In this document: piece after piece, positions 1 to 13,463 of the stretch
How the letters are laid out: every line of letters begins with the position of its first letter
Numbering within the stretch: the first letter of the stretch is position 1
From: Ramazzottius varieornatus
Lineage: Eukaryota; Animalia; Tardigrada
Assembly: GCA_001949185.1 (NCBI GenBank)
Contig: BDGG01000002.1
Location: forward strand, 5,198,448-5,262,447
Reading direction: 5' to 3'
Length of the DNA: 64,000 nucleotides
Position numbers and translations under genes: made by a program
The notes under the pieces: generated by a model
Told to the model about the DNA's origin: nothing
Databases searched by the model: none
Seen by the model: only the letters and a program-made list of their open reading frames with translations

Positions 1-1659
1 ATGAAACCTATAGTGGGCGGCATCCTGTGTCGGAATTATACTCGCTTAAAAGTCTCGAGCTAGACGCTACAGTACCTGTGTACGCAAAGGTTATGGCCAG
101 CAGTAACATCTTCAGTGTCATTAACAAGCGAAATGACTGCCTTATTTCCCTCAGCCATACCCACTCCCTCCATTTTGTGGTACAGTGGAGGCATCTGACT
201 TTGGTGCTGGTCGATCGAGACGTTGCTGTTCGTCCCCGATCCCTTTTCCCAGGGTATCTGCAAACGAAGAAGTTCAGAAACCATCGTTAGGAGACATCGA
301 AAAAGGACGCGTATAGCTCACCGTAACACCAGGAAGAGCAGGACACCCAAGATGGCTGCACAGAGCAGTCCGACGAAGAGGCGGGTTCTTAGTGCGGAGT
401 CAATTGACTTTTGACCGGATAGTTCCACAGTAGCAAAAATATTGCCCCACAGGTTACTGAGGATAGTCATATTATATACAGATACATTGAAGGTTCAAAC
501 AGTGATGACCTTCGAAATACCTTAATTGCAGAATAGCCCAGAACATTCCCGCGTTCCTTGCAATTGGGAAACAAGATCCTCGGTATGTATCACCCTCCAA
601 ATATTGCCAGTTGAAAACTACTAACCTTGACATCGTCTGGTCTGATGAATTGATAGTCAGAAAGACTCCTTGAGAAGTCCACAGCACAGCAGCACCGATT
701 CCCAACAGGATCGAGCTGGCGTACAAAGTCCCCAAGTATGGCCGGAAGAAGACCGCCATAAAGAGGCAGTAAGGTACTACGAACCAAGAACAATCAGTCA
801 GAATGGTCCTCGAGCGCTAGCCTTACCACATTGTAGTCCTTACTTCCTCCTAACACCATGCCAAATTTCGGACCAGTATAAGCTATCTGAAAGAAGAGAA
901 GCCATATTACGCAACGGTGCGTTTCCCACAGCGGAGTGCGGGAAAAATATGCAGTGTAGAAAATGCATCCCTACCCGTGCAAAATTTTGATTGGTTTGTT
1001 AGTTTGTAAGCTATGCACGGCCATGGTAGTCAGAACTTTGCACGGGTAGGGATGCATTTTTACACCGTATGACTATTATTACTGTACCACAGAAGGAGCT
1101 ATCCAGTTGGAGATCGCCATCACAGCTAGGAAAGAAATATCTCTGTTGACGATTCTTGTGGAGGCGTTTCACAGCGTTTTTGTGAGAAATAAGGGCGTAC
1201 TGTATATGGCAGCAGAGCTATAGTAACCTTCTTTCCCGGTGCCATTGAAGTGCTCATCGTGGACCTCGCTAAGCACCGAAGCCTGCGAGCAGAGCCAAAT
1301 TTGGGCTAGAAGCCTTTGGATTAAAATTATGTCCAGATTTCTCGTTCGTAAATTGAACGTTGTTCATGAAGACTACTAATGAAGTGGTTCGAAAACCGAG
1401 AAGCTGTGGAAATCACCTGGAGCATACCGCAAGTATGGAACGAGCTGAAGAGAATCATGAAGGCCACACTGACACCAATCACGTTCCATAGTTGATAGTC
1501 CTGGAAGAAAGGCACGAATCCGCGAGACGTCCGTTTGGCCGACTTGGCTGGTTCCGGCTCTTCCTGTTGAGGTGTCAGATACGCCGAAGATCCCGAGGAA
1601 ATTGCCCACCCGGAAGTGGTACGTTGCGACAAAGGGGGAACCATTTCGACGGGCTCCAT
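1..1659 (-). CDS. UNC93-like MFS membrane protein (MFSD11-like), multi-exon, 3' end runs off window
   Basis: Exon translations LWNVIGVSVAFMILFSSFHTCGMLQ, LYASSILLGIGAAVLWTSQGVFLTINS and RNAGMFWAILQ are typical of the UNC-93/MFSD11 family; GT-AG introns lie between them. Confidence 0.8.
954..1065. repeat. Intronic inverted repeat / MITE-like hairpin
   Basis: Arm 954-990 (gtgtagaaaatgcatccctacccgtgcaaaattttga) pairs with arm 1030-1065 (tcagaactttgcacgggtagggatgcatttttacac) across a 39-nt spacer, inside a ~200-nt intron of the UNC93-like gene. Confidence 0.8.
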
Positions 1660-2612
1660 TCAGTAAAAAAGACTAATAGCGTACAGGTGCTTTTCATGAG
1701 CAGATAGGATTCTGATACAGTTAAATTGGAACCGGACCAACAGTGCGTAGTTACCGTTAGAAGCTGCGAAAGCTATCAATTACTGCCAAGTTTAGATGAT
1801 AAATCGCCCTGAGCCACACCTTGACACTACTTTCTGCGCCACACGCAGTCTTCACTGCGGCCTTGTAATCACAATGGACGATCGTTAGTACCTTAAAAAG
1901 ACATACCAGGTTGATCAAATTGTGTCACAAATTGCGTTTGACATAGGACAAAAACCAGAATACAAACGATCAGAAATTGTCAAAGTTCACTTATGGCATA
2001 TATATATACGACTGTCCGGCACCTCGGTGTCCACACTGTCTGCTCATTCTGTGAGTTCGAAGCTAGAAACTACGTCGTCGTCGTCTTTCATAACAATTCA
2101 TTATGCTCTCATCCTGGCACCAGAGGTCCAGAAAATGAAGCGGGAACATGAACTGGCGACCCGATTAGGATTGTGGTTGTGATTGTTATCGTTAGGCTGA
2201 CAATCAAAACTACACACTAGATTTCAATCAACAGATTGTTTGCGCGTGATCGGAAATGACCAATGTTTGCCAGTTGGCCCCCTTGGTAGGTGTATTCTCC
2301 AAGGCCCCGCCTTCTGGCCCATGCTTATCTGGGATTGGGAAATTCCAAATTAAATCTGCTGAATGTTTCCTTAACAGCTCGTGCTCATTCAGTTCCCTCA
2401 CGGATTCCTGTTTCTTTACACAACATTCGCTTGTAGCGGTCTTGGAGTCGCATGACTGGAAGCCTGTAGGCTGTTTGGAGAAAGTTAAGACAATCCGTAA
2501 GTGCTCCAAAGTCATGTGTTTCTCAGTTCTAACTCAAGGTGCGGCGTTGTATATAAGGTGCCGTCATCACCTCCTTACATTGCAGCTGCTCTCCTGCGAG
2601 CCCACCTCTACA

Positions 2613-3583
2613 ATGTCCAGATACCTGCTGCGCGATGTCCAGGCTGTATTACGCGGAGTTCGCAAAGTGGCCGAGAGTAGCTTAAAGCTGGAGACGGAGA
2701 AAGTCAGTCTGCGGCTTGGTGACTTTCGGTCACAGCCTTCCCTTCGCAGTGTGCCTGCTTCCCTCACAAGTCGATCACAGGTAAGACATTCAGTCTCTTT
2801 GATAGTTTAATGGTGTCTTTGATAGTTTACGGTGATGCGTAAGTTGCAGTACGTGCGGCAATTCTAAGGGAAAATTGAGCCCGTATCATCTGATTGTAGG
2901 CATTTAGCCTACAGGAGATAGCTGCTCGTGCCGGAGTTGTTCTGCGAGGAGTGCAACAACAGTTCCGAAACGTCACTGGAGTGAATGCCGCTCCTGTTGT
3001 AGCCTTTGATAATGGATCAGTTCTATACAGTGAAAGAATCCACTCGCAGAGTTCGCAGAAGCAGGCCCCGACTACAGTACCAACAGGATCCGTCAGCAAT
3101 TCCCCTCAACCGGAAGGAAAGGCAAACGAAGCTGCTGAACGCGCAAAACAGTTTGTAAGGCATATCACCTTTAGCTTCATCATTTCATTATCTTGAGACG
3201 CTTGATGTTGGCAGATGAATCCTCCAGTTGCGCCAATGGATCCTGTCGACAAGAATGAATTTGTCGCCATGCCGGAGATGGGTCGTAGTAATGGAAATGG
3301 AGAAAACAAACAAGCTGCTGATTTCGTAAGAAAAAATATTAGTCGGGTTGCTCTTCCTGCTTTCCTCAGTTATTCAACTACGAACCTGATCATTCTTTCT
3401 TTGCAGATGAAAAACCAAGGTGACACCGATATGGATTCCCAGTACGCGCCTGATTCATCGAAGAACACGAAATCGGTTCCCACGAAGGAAATCGTTGCTG
3501 AAGATGGTTCGATGAGCATTGAGGATATCAAGAAAGCTACGCAGGTTACTCCTGGAGTTGCAGTTAAAAACGAGGGTGTTTAG
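2613..3583 (+). CDS. MAHS: Mitochondrial-abundant heat-soluble protein (tardigrade MAHS), 236 aa
   Basis: Exons 2613-2780, 2900-3154, 3215-3325 and 3407-3583 (all phase 0, GT-AG) give MSRYLLRDVQAVLRGVRKVAESSL...AFSLQEIAARAGVVLRGVQQQFRNV...IKKATQVTPGVAVKNEGV*. This is recognised from memory as Ramazzottius MAHS: basic amphipathic N-terminus with a hydrophilic low-complexity C-terminal half. Confidence 0.92.
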
Positions 3584-3606
3584 ACGATCCTCTTTCATGA
3601 CTGCAG

Positions 3607-6054
3607 ATACGAGTACGCCACTATTCTTCACAAGCTGGAAAACGTCCCGATAAAGAGCCAAAGAAAGTAGCCGAAGCTCTTGAGCACCAAACGGTAAACT
3701 TTTTTCGTCCTTTTTGCAAGCTGTCAGCAGCACCGTTTGGTATATGAAATATAGCATTGTGTATTCGTTTTTAGTAATACGGAGAGATTAAGGCTTCTCT
3801 TATGTGCGCCGATATGCACAAAACAGCGGACAAGCTGTCTTTCTTTCGAACTTTGTTGTGCAAAGATTTTGCTTGTACATAGGGAAACATTTTGCTCAGA
3901 TGATTTTCATGGTGTGATTGAGTTCTCAAATTTCAAGATGCTTCTTGCATTCACGAAGAACACACTTTTCGCTATCTTCAATGCCAGACGGTGATGCTTG
4001 TCAGCAGGCTTCGTTTCTTCGAATGGCTCTCTCTAATAGTACTTCCTGGTTGTAGCTTGGCGCGAAATCCCGGGAACGAAGAGTTCCGGCTTCCAGGACA
4101 GCTCGGTAGGTCAGAAAGTGTACATCTTCCGTCTCAAGTACTTCGCAATCGCCGATCGGACTAACGTGTAGGCTGGCGACATTCGGAGGCTTGGCGGCAG
4201 GGCTAGGTTTGGGTGCTGTGGCTGAGGTGACCAGGCGAACTCTCGGAATGGGACCGAAAGGTAAGTGGATCTTCTTATCTGGGCTACGCTTGTGATGCGA
4301 CTGGAAGTTCTTGCAGTCCTTATTCACAGATGGTCCGGCTACGCTTCTGGACAAGTCAGCTTTCCTCACGGAAGCGAATGCGGAGCGCATTGTGGAAACA
4401 CTGTGCCGAGTGCGTGGAGCTGCACTCAAGCTGGGCCAAATGATCAGTATTCAGGGTACGCATTCCGTCAAGAATTTGCCGTCACCTTATAACAGATGTG
4501 ACTTCGAGCAAGCAATTTCGGTTTTCTGTGTTGATGTCCTGTCCTCTGCAGATACTTCCTTGTTGAGACCTCAAATTCGTGAAATTTTCGAACGTGTCCG
4601 ACAAAGTGCGGACTTCATGCCAAAAAGCCAGATGGAAGTGGGTATCGCGTTATTTTGTTTCGTATGGTTGGGGAGGAGTCTGGGCTTCTTTCGATTGTCT
4701 TGTGCGAAGTTCGAACGCTAGCTCTCTTTTGTTTTGTAGAAAACCATGCAAAGAGAGCTTGGGCCTAACTGGAGAACCCACCTTCCGGAGTTCGATGACA
4801 AGCCTTTCGCCGCCGCGTCCATCGGTCAGGTTCATCTGGGTAAAACCAAGGACGGAAAGGAGGTCGCTGTGAAGATCCAGTACCCTGGTGTTGCCGACAG
4901 TATCGATAGCGATATAAGGAACCTGATGGGTATACTGAACATGTGGAACATCTTCCCTAAAGGAATGTACATGGACAACCTGATGCGAGTGGCCAGGTCG
5001 GAGCTGGCGTGGGAATGTGATTACGTCCGAGAAGCTGACTACATGCGGCAGTTTAGGTATGTCCTATTTTTGATAACGTGTGCTGATTGTCTGCTTTGAA
5101 GAGAAGAATATTCATTGAAGGGACATTTATGCAAACGACCCCGTCTTCGTGGTGCCGAACGTGGTGGATGAACTGTCGAGTAAGCGGGTCATAACAACGG
5201 TATATGTTTATGGAGAAACACTCGACAAAGCATTGGCACTGGACCAACCCACTCGTGATTACGTATGTCCTGTATTTGTCCTGTATAATAATTACTGATA
5301 TAATCAATCAGCCAGTATGACTGTAGAGGACCCGGTTGACACTCAGTTAATTGTTTGCAGGTTGCCACGAACTTTCTCCGGTTATGTTTCGAGGAGCTCT
5401 TCACGCATCGCTTGATGCAGACTGATCCCAACTGGGCGAACTTTCTCTATAATGACTCGACCAAGAAGGTACACGTATCCCTAAACGATCTGATGTTCAT
5501 GGCATCGGGACGAAGTTATCCAAGACAAGTTCACACGATCAAGGTTCCTCTCCAGATTTACCTGCTGGACTTTGGCGCCAGTCGAACGTTCGACAAGAAA
5601 TTCACAGACAGCTATATTCAGATTATCAAAGGAGCGGCAACAGGAGATCGAGATCTGGTACTGACAAATTCGCAGAAGCTTGGTTTTCTCACTGGGATGG
5701 AGACCAAGGTTAGTTCATTTCTTTTACAAGAAACTTTCTGATGAAGTTTGAGGTGCTTTCTGCTGATAGGCTCTGGCCAATGCACATATTGACGGAGCAA
5801 TGATTCTTGGAGAACCTTTCAAGACGAACGAACCGTTCGACTTTGGCACTCAGGATATCACAACGAGAATCCACAAGCTCATACCTCTACTGGCCGAACA
5901 ACGGCTGACCCCGCCACCGGAAGAAAGCTACTCCCTACACCGCAAACTTGCCGGCGCTTTCTTATTATGCTCGAACATGAAAGCGCGAATCAGATGCAAG
6001 GACTTCTTCGACGATATCTACAGTAAGTATCAAAAAGATGCTTCAGGGAGATGA
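3607..6054 (+). CDS. COQ8: Atypical UbiB-family kinase COQ8/ADCK3-4 (coenzyme Q biosynthesis); 5' exons appear to be shared with MAHS (start 2613)
   Basis: Exons 3607-3693, 4056-4105, 4172-4260, 4330-4455 etc. encode [24 protein letters not shown], the KLGQ motif, A-rich loop [34 protein letters not shown] and [18 protein letters not shown]; stop at 6054. Confidence 0.93.
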
Positions 6055-6185
6055 TCTCGACCGATTGTGCCCGTCAGAGTGTGGGATATTTGGGTTTTAG
6101 TTGTTTGTTGGTCTTTTTGTTTTATATATATTATGTGATACGCTTCTGTTTTGGTGAGCAACTTTTAGTACCATTTGTATGAAAA

Positions 6186-8814
<2,629 letters not shown>

Positions 8815-9261
8815 CTTGGAGGACCTCACTCAAGCTACAGAAAAAAACCCAGGTCTTCTGGAAAAAGACCTCAGTAGCATAAGACCAGTTTACATGCGCA
8901 AGCTGATGAACAGTACCTGCGTGGTTTATTCCTTCCGTTTTCCCTACGGCAAGATATCTGGGTCAGCAAAATTTTGTAAATAAATACGAATCAACCACGC
9001 ACCGTCAGTCACATGAGGGAAAGCAAAAGGTTGGCCAGATTTAATCATACGAGGTTCCTTCGACATTGCGGTTGTCTTGTTTGCGATCTGTCAGACCTTA
9101 TCGCGGATCGGCCATAAGCTTTTCAAGAGCCTTATTGGTTTACTAACACATCCATAAAGGTTGCGGCTCGACTTTACGGTTTTAATCCGTGGGGAATCAT
9201 ACTAAACGTAATGTGAAACAAGAATAGATAGACGATAAACAAAAAACAAAAGAATGTTTTA

Positions 9262-11639
9262 TTATTTCACAGCGATGTTCACTATGGCTATATCATCATA
9301 AGGTTTGTCAGTTTTCGGGTGAGTCTTCACCAAGCTAATCTTCTGACAAACTTCCATACCTCTAGTAACCCTTCCGAAAACAGTGTGCTTGTTATCAAGC
9401 CAAGGAGCCGGTACTACGGTTATGAAGAACTGGGAGCCGTTGGTGTTCGGTCCGGCATTGGCCATACTGAGCGTGTAAGGATGATCGTGTCTCAGCGTCG
9501 GATGGAACTCATCCTCAAATTCCCCTCCCCAAATGGACTCACCACCCGTCCCATCTCCCTTCGGATCTGTAAGAGATTGCCAAAATTAAAACCCGAATAA
9601 AGTTCAGACTGGTTGGCGGAAACTTACCGCCAGTTTGGATCATGAAACTCTTGATGATACGATGGAAGATGTGCCCGTTGTAGTATCCATCTCTCGCGTG
9701 CACACAGAAATTTTCCACGGTCCTTGGGCATTCTTTAGCGAAGAGGTTGACGTGAATATCGCCCAGCGTTGTATGGATGACGGCCGTGCTGGAGATCCGC
9801 TTCTCACCCTTGGGTTCGATGGCCGTCATAGCTTCCTCCTTGCTGGGCTTCTCGTTGAAGACATCCCGGTCGTTCTCCTCGGTTGTAGTCTCCAATGGCG
9901 CTCGTCTAGTGAAGAGGAAGAAGCGGTTCTTCTTGAAGACGGTCGCGAACAGCGTAGGGTCGGCTTCGACGTTGTCCAGGGCGGGGTTGTCGGAGGCTTG
10001 TGCTTCGACGGTCGTCGCAGCTTTGATATGGCGAACCTTGCCTTGGAATAGACCTAAGTTTAGAAAGCGAAATCCTTCGCATTTCCCGAAAGTTCGGACG
10101 GCTTTGTTCGTCTTCAGGTTAATCAGCTTCACACCTGGAAGAACAAAACCAGATCGTATCCGAATTACAGTATAAATTCAGGTATATCATGTCAATGTCA
10201 TGCTGGTTTCTTGAATTTCAGAACCGAAAGCGAAACGCGTTTATAAAATTCGGATTGTTCTGAACGTGGAAACTAGTTTAATTACCCATAAGTGTGGCGT
10301 ACAGGATGAAGTTTCCACTGTCATCGAAGATGACATTGGCGTTCATTCTGGCGTCTGACTTGTCCAGTTCCTTCTCGACAGCCAGCCGTCTTTCTCGCTC
10401 GACCATGGAAATCTTCTTGTCTTGTTTCTCCTGAATCCCAGTGTATTGACTGTTCGATTCGTCAAAGACTCTGAATAGCTTTCCGGTCAGGAATCTAAAC
10501 ACGCGGACTTTCTTGTCTGTGGAGATTGTAGCGAAGAGCTTTCCGTCCTTAGAAACTTCGATGGCAGTAGGAGAGCATTTCGCCGATGCAAATTCGTAGA
10601 GATCGGTGTCCGATTTGAACTCAAAGTCTACTACCTTCTCTGGAAACTGGTAGTCACCTGTTGCACCATGCCAGTACTCTAGGATGCCATCTCTGTCCAC
10701 GGAGATCACCGTGTTGAATATGTGGTTATACCTGCAACACAAGCACACAACTTGACATTAAGATATACTGTGAGGTAATGTCACGTCATACATGTATTGC
10801 TAGTAATTGTAATCTGAACCCAAAATCCATCTTGCGAACTATTCAGTCGTCTATTCTTATAGATGATTTCCTCCTGTTTTACCTCATCGCAGTGACAGTT
10901 TTGGAATGGATATTATCCAGCACACGAAGAGGTTCGCTTGGTCCCCTTCCATCGTAGATCAGGATACGAGGGGAAGCTTTGTCGGAGACGGCGATGGTGA
11001 AGATAGGTTCGCCGTGGGAGTGGATCCACTCACAGCAGAGAGGTACGAAGCCCAGCTTGATCATGTTAATCATGTCGAAATTGATCACATCAAAGACTTT
11101 CATGCTCTTATCATCACTGATGCTGGCGCAGAAGGTTCCGGTCGCATTGACGCTGACGAAGAGGATAGTTCCAAGATGTGCGCGGAAATGCTTGACGAAT
11201 TCGATGCCTCGCTCCATTTTCTAAACGACATGCACCAGCAATCGTTTAAGATCAATTTTACTTTTCACAAAACTCATCCGAATGGTTCTCTATTACTGCA
11301 CTGGAATAGTATTTTATCTGTTGGACAAACCTTCCAGAACTTCAAGTGACCATCCGAACTGGCAGTGATGACGAACTCCGTTTTCGTTACTCGAACGAAT
11401 GCCACAGGCTCCTTGTGCATGTAGCTCCTCTCGTAAGCGTCCGAGCTCGGTAGCGCGTCCAGGTACACATGCTCGAATTGAAGAACCTTGGCTTTCTTGG
11501 CTGGAGCAGCTTCGGAGGGTAAAGGTCCGATCACATCATCGTCGTCGTTATCCACAGGAGCCGATCCATTCGTGCTCGCTAGCGTTGTTCCATCGGCGGG
11601 ATCCAAAGCAGACCGCTTTCCGGACATCCTAACGTTCAT
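9262..11639 (-). CDS. PPWD1: WD-repeat cyclophilin PPWD1
   Basis: [35 protein letters not shown] repeats, then the cyclophilin domain ([48 protein letters not shown]). Confidence 0.95.
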
Positions 11640-12600
11640 GACCCTTTGCGGATAGTGGCTATAACCAGAAGTCTTGTTACTCTTGTAGCGAATCTAGCGG
11701 TCTCAACAGGACACTCCAGTCTAGCGGAATTTTATACGAGTACAGCCATCTTTAGGACTTTAACAGACTTCAACAAAAAAATTAATTTCACCGTCAGCGA
11801 TGGACGGGTGATTCACTCAGTGAATTATCCAAAACACAGAACGGCTTCGCAACATCAGACGCATCCTATCTTTGTAACGGCAATCAGTCAATCAATATTC
11901 TTCGCATGAAAAATGCTGTTCTGAATGCCGTTCGAACATCGGGTTTCCTATTCAGCAAAGGTAGGATTTGCGCATTGATGACAAAATTTCCCTGTTACAC
12001 CGGTTCTTGGCGGGTCGTAACTGACAGTCCCGTGATTTTGGATTTTAGGCTGAGTAAATCACCCGTCCACCGCTGTTCACCGTCAGCCACTGCATAGTGG
12101 ACGGCTTGCTATACCGATGAGAGCTGCGTGGAATAGGTCAATCAATCAAAAATCAATCGAAGTTAACGGCCCAGAAATTTCGTTCATAGTTTTGGCGAGC
12201 TGCACAGTGAAGCCTGCTGGAACTGGGTGGTAATTTTCGCAAATCGCAGTCTTCATCTCTTTCGTTTTTCTTCCAGAAAGTCTTGTGTGGAATTCATCCT
12301 GAAACTCCGCGAAAGCCTTGTCCGAAAGTGAGTAAGCTCTGTGCCATCCACCACTAATCGTGGGAACTGTGTACTCGTCTGGAGGACGCGCTTTGACTGA
12401 CAGGTGAGTAACTTCATAATCGGATGTTGGTCACATTAAGCCATTACGCAGCAGTATGAAGGCGATCGGACCACCATGATCCCCTGTTCCTGGCTTCCTG
12501 TGAACCCTGTCAGTCCTTTAGGAAGAGCTGCGGTCATTTTGACCATCATCGAGATTCGAGCGGATGCTTCCGTAGGCATGATGTTTTCCTTGCTTGCAGA

Positions 12601-13043
12601 ATGGCTTCGTCTATCGCTCGTGCCAAACATCTCCTCAGCCCTACATCTCTACGCCTCTCTCAGACACGAAACATCAACCCCAGGACTGGTCACCTAGTTC
12701 CACTTCCACCTACAGTAAAGATTCCTTTCATAGAGAAATTAGGACTGGGAGTATTTATGTGCGCTGGTTTGGTGTCCATCCCTGTATGGGTGCTTTACAA
12801 TCTGGAATACTATAAAACAGGTATGATGAATTCCCTTATAAGTCTTAGTTATTCTGGTAACCAGTACTCACTGTGCGGATGTCACTTTCTGTTTTTCCAG
12901 GTGGGGCAAGAACTGAGCCTTCGAAAACCGCTCAGCGCGAGATCGATATCCGCAAAGAAACGGAACTGGAGATGGACAAGATCCAACAAGTCGCGGAAGG
13001 CAAGCACTCGTTTGAAGGCCTCGGCATTACGCCCAACAAATAA
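12601..13043 (+). CDS. COX8: Cytochrome c oxidase subunit VIII-like protein with extended C-terminus
   Basis: Exon 12601-12820 has a basic presequence, PP..KIPFIEKLGLG, one TM helix and PVWVLYNLEYYK. After a phase-1 intron (12821-12900), exon 2 adds GARTEPSKTAQREIDIRKETELEMDKIQQVAEGKHSFEGLGITPNK* (stop 13041-13043). Confidence 0.62.
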
Positions 13044-13463
13044 CCATGAGGAAGTGTACAAGCCGAAGATTGTCGTTTTATTTGTAAGTGTGCTTTGCGT
13101 TTGAAAATTTGATGTCGATAACTATGTGGAAGTTGGTATCGCACATATTGCTTTACCATCGACAATGATACATCTTAGCCCTTGGCTTCGAGTTTAGGAG
13201 AGGATTCAGTGTTTGCCTTCTTCACTTTGATATAAGAAAGCGCTCGGGAGAACAGGCGAATGTCATTGTGACTGATTAAACCTACTAACGCACTCCGCGA
13301 AGCGGAATTCCGTATGGTTGGTCAGCATATTGGAGACCTCAAGAACTCACTTGAATATTTTGGAGTGGCTCAACGTGACGACGGAAGGAAAACTATACCG
13401 CGTGTGCTGCCCGCGCTCGCAGACGAACTGAGATAGGCAGTCTTGAAGGGTTGTCATTTCGAC

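Noticed and set aside
2256-2612. N-terminal extension of the 184-aa ORF upstream of the MAHS ATG
   Set aside because: The composition is Cys/Ser-rich and not protein-like; the recognised MAHS sequence and its targeting helix start at 2613, just after an acceptor-like ttgcag.
3584-4055. An independent start codon for COQ8 downstream of the MAHS stop
   Set aside because: The ATG at ~3596 is out of frame with the linker exon and stops at ~3653, and both downstream exons have in-frame stops immediately upstream. An undetected short first exon in 3694-4055 cannot be fully excluded.
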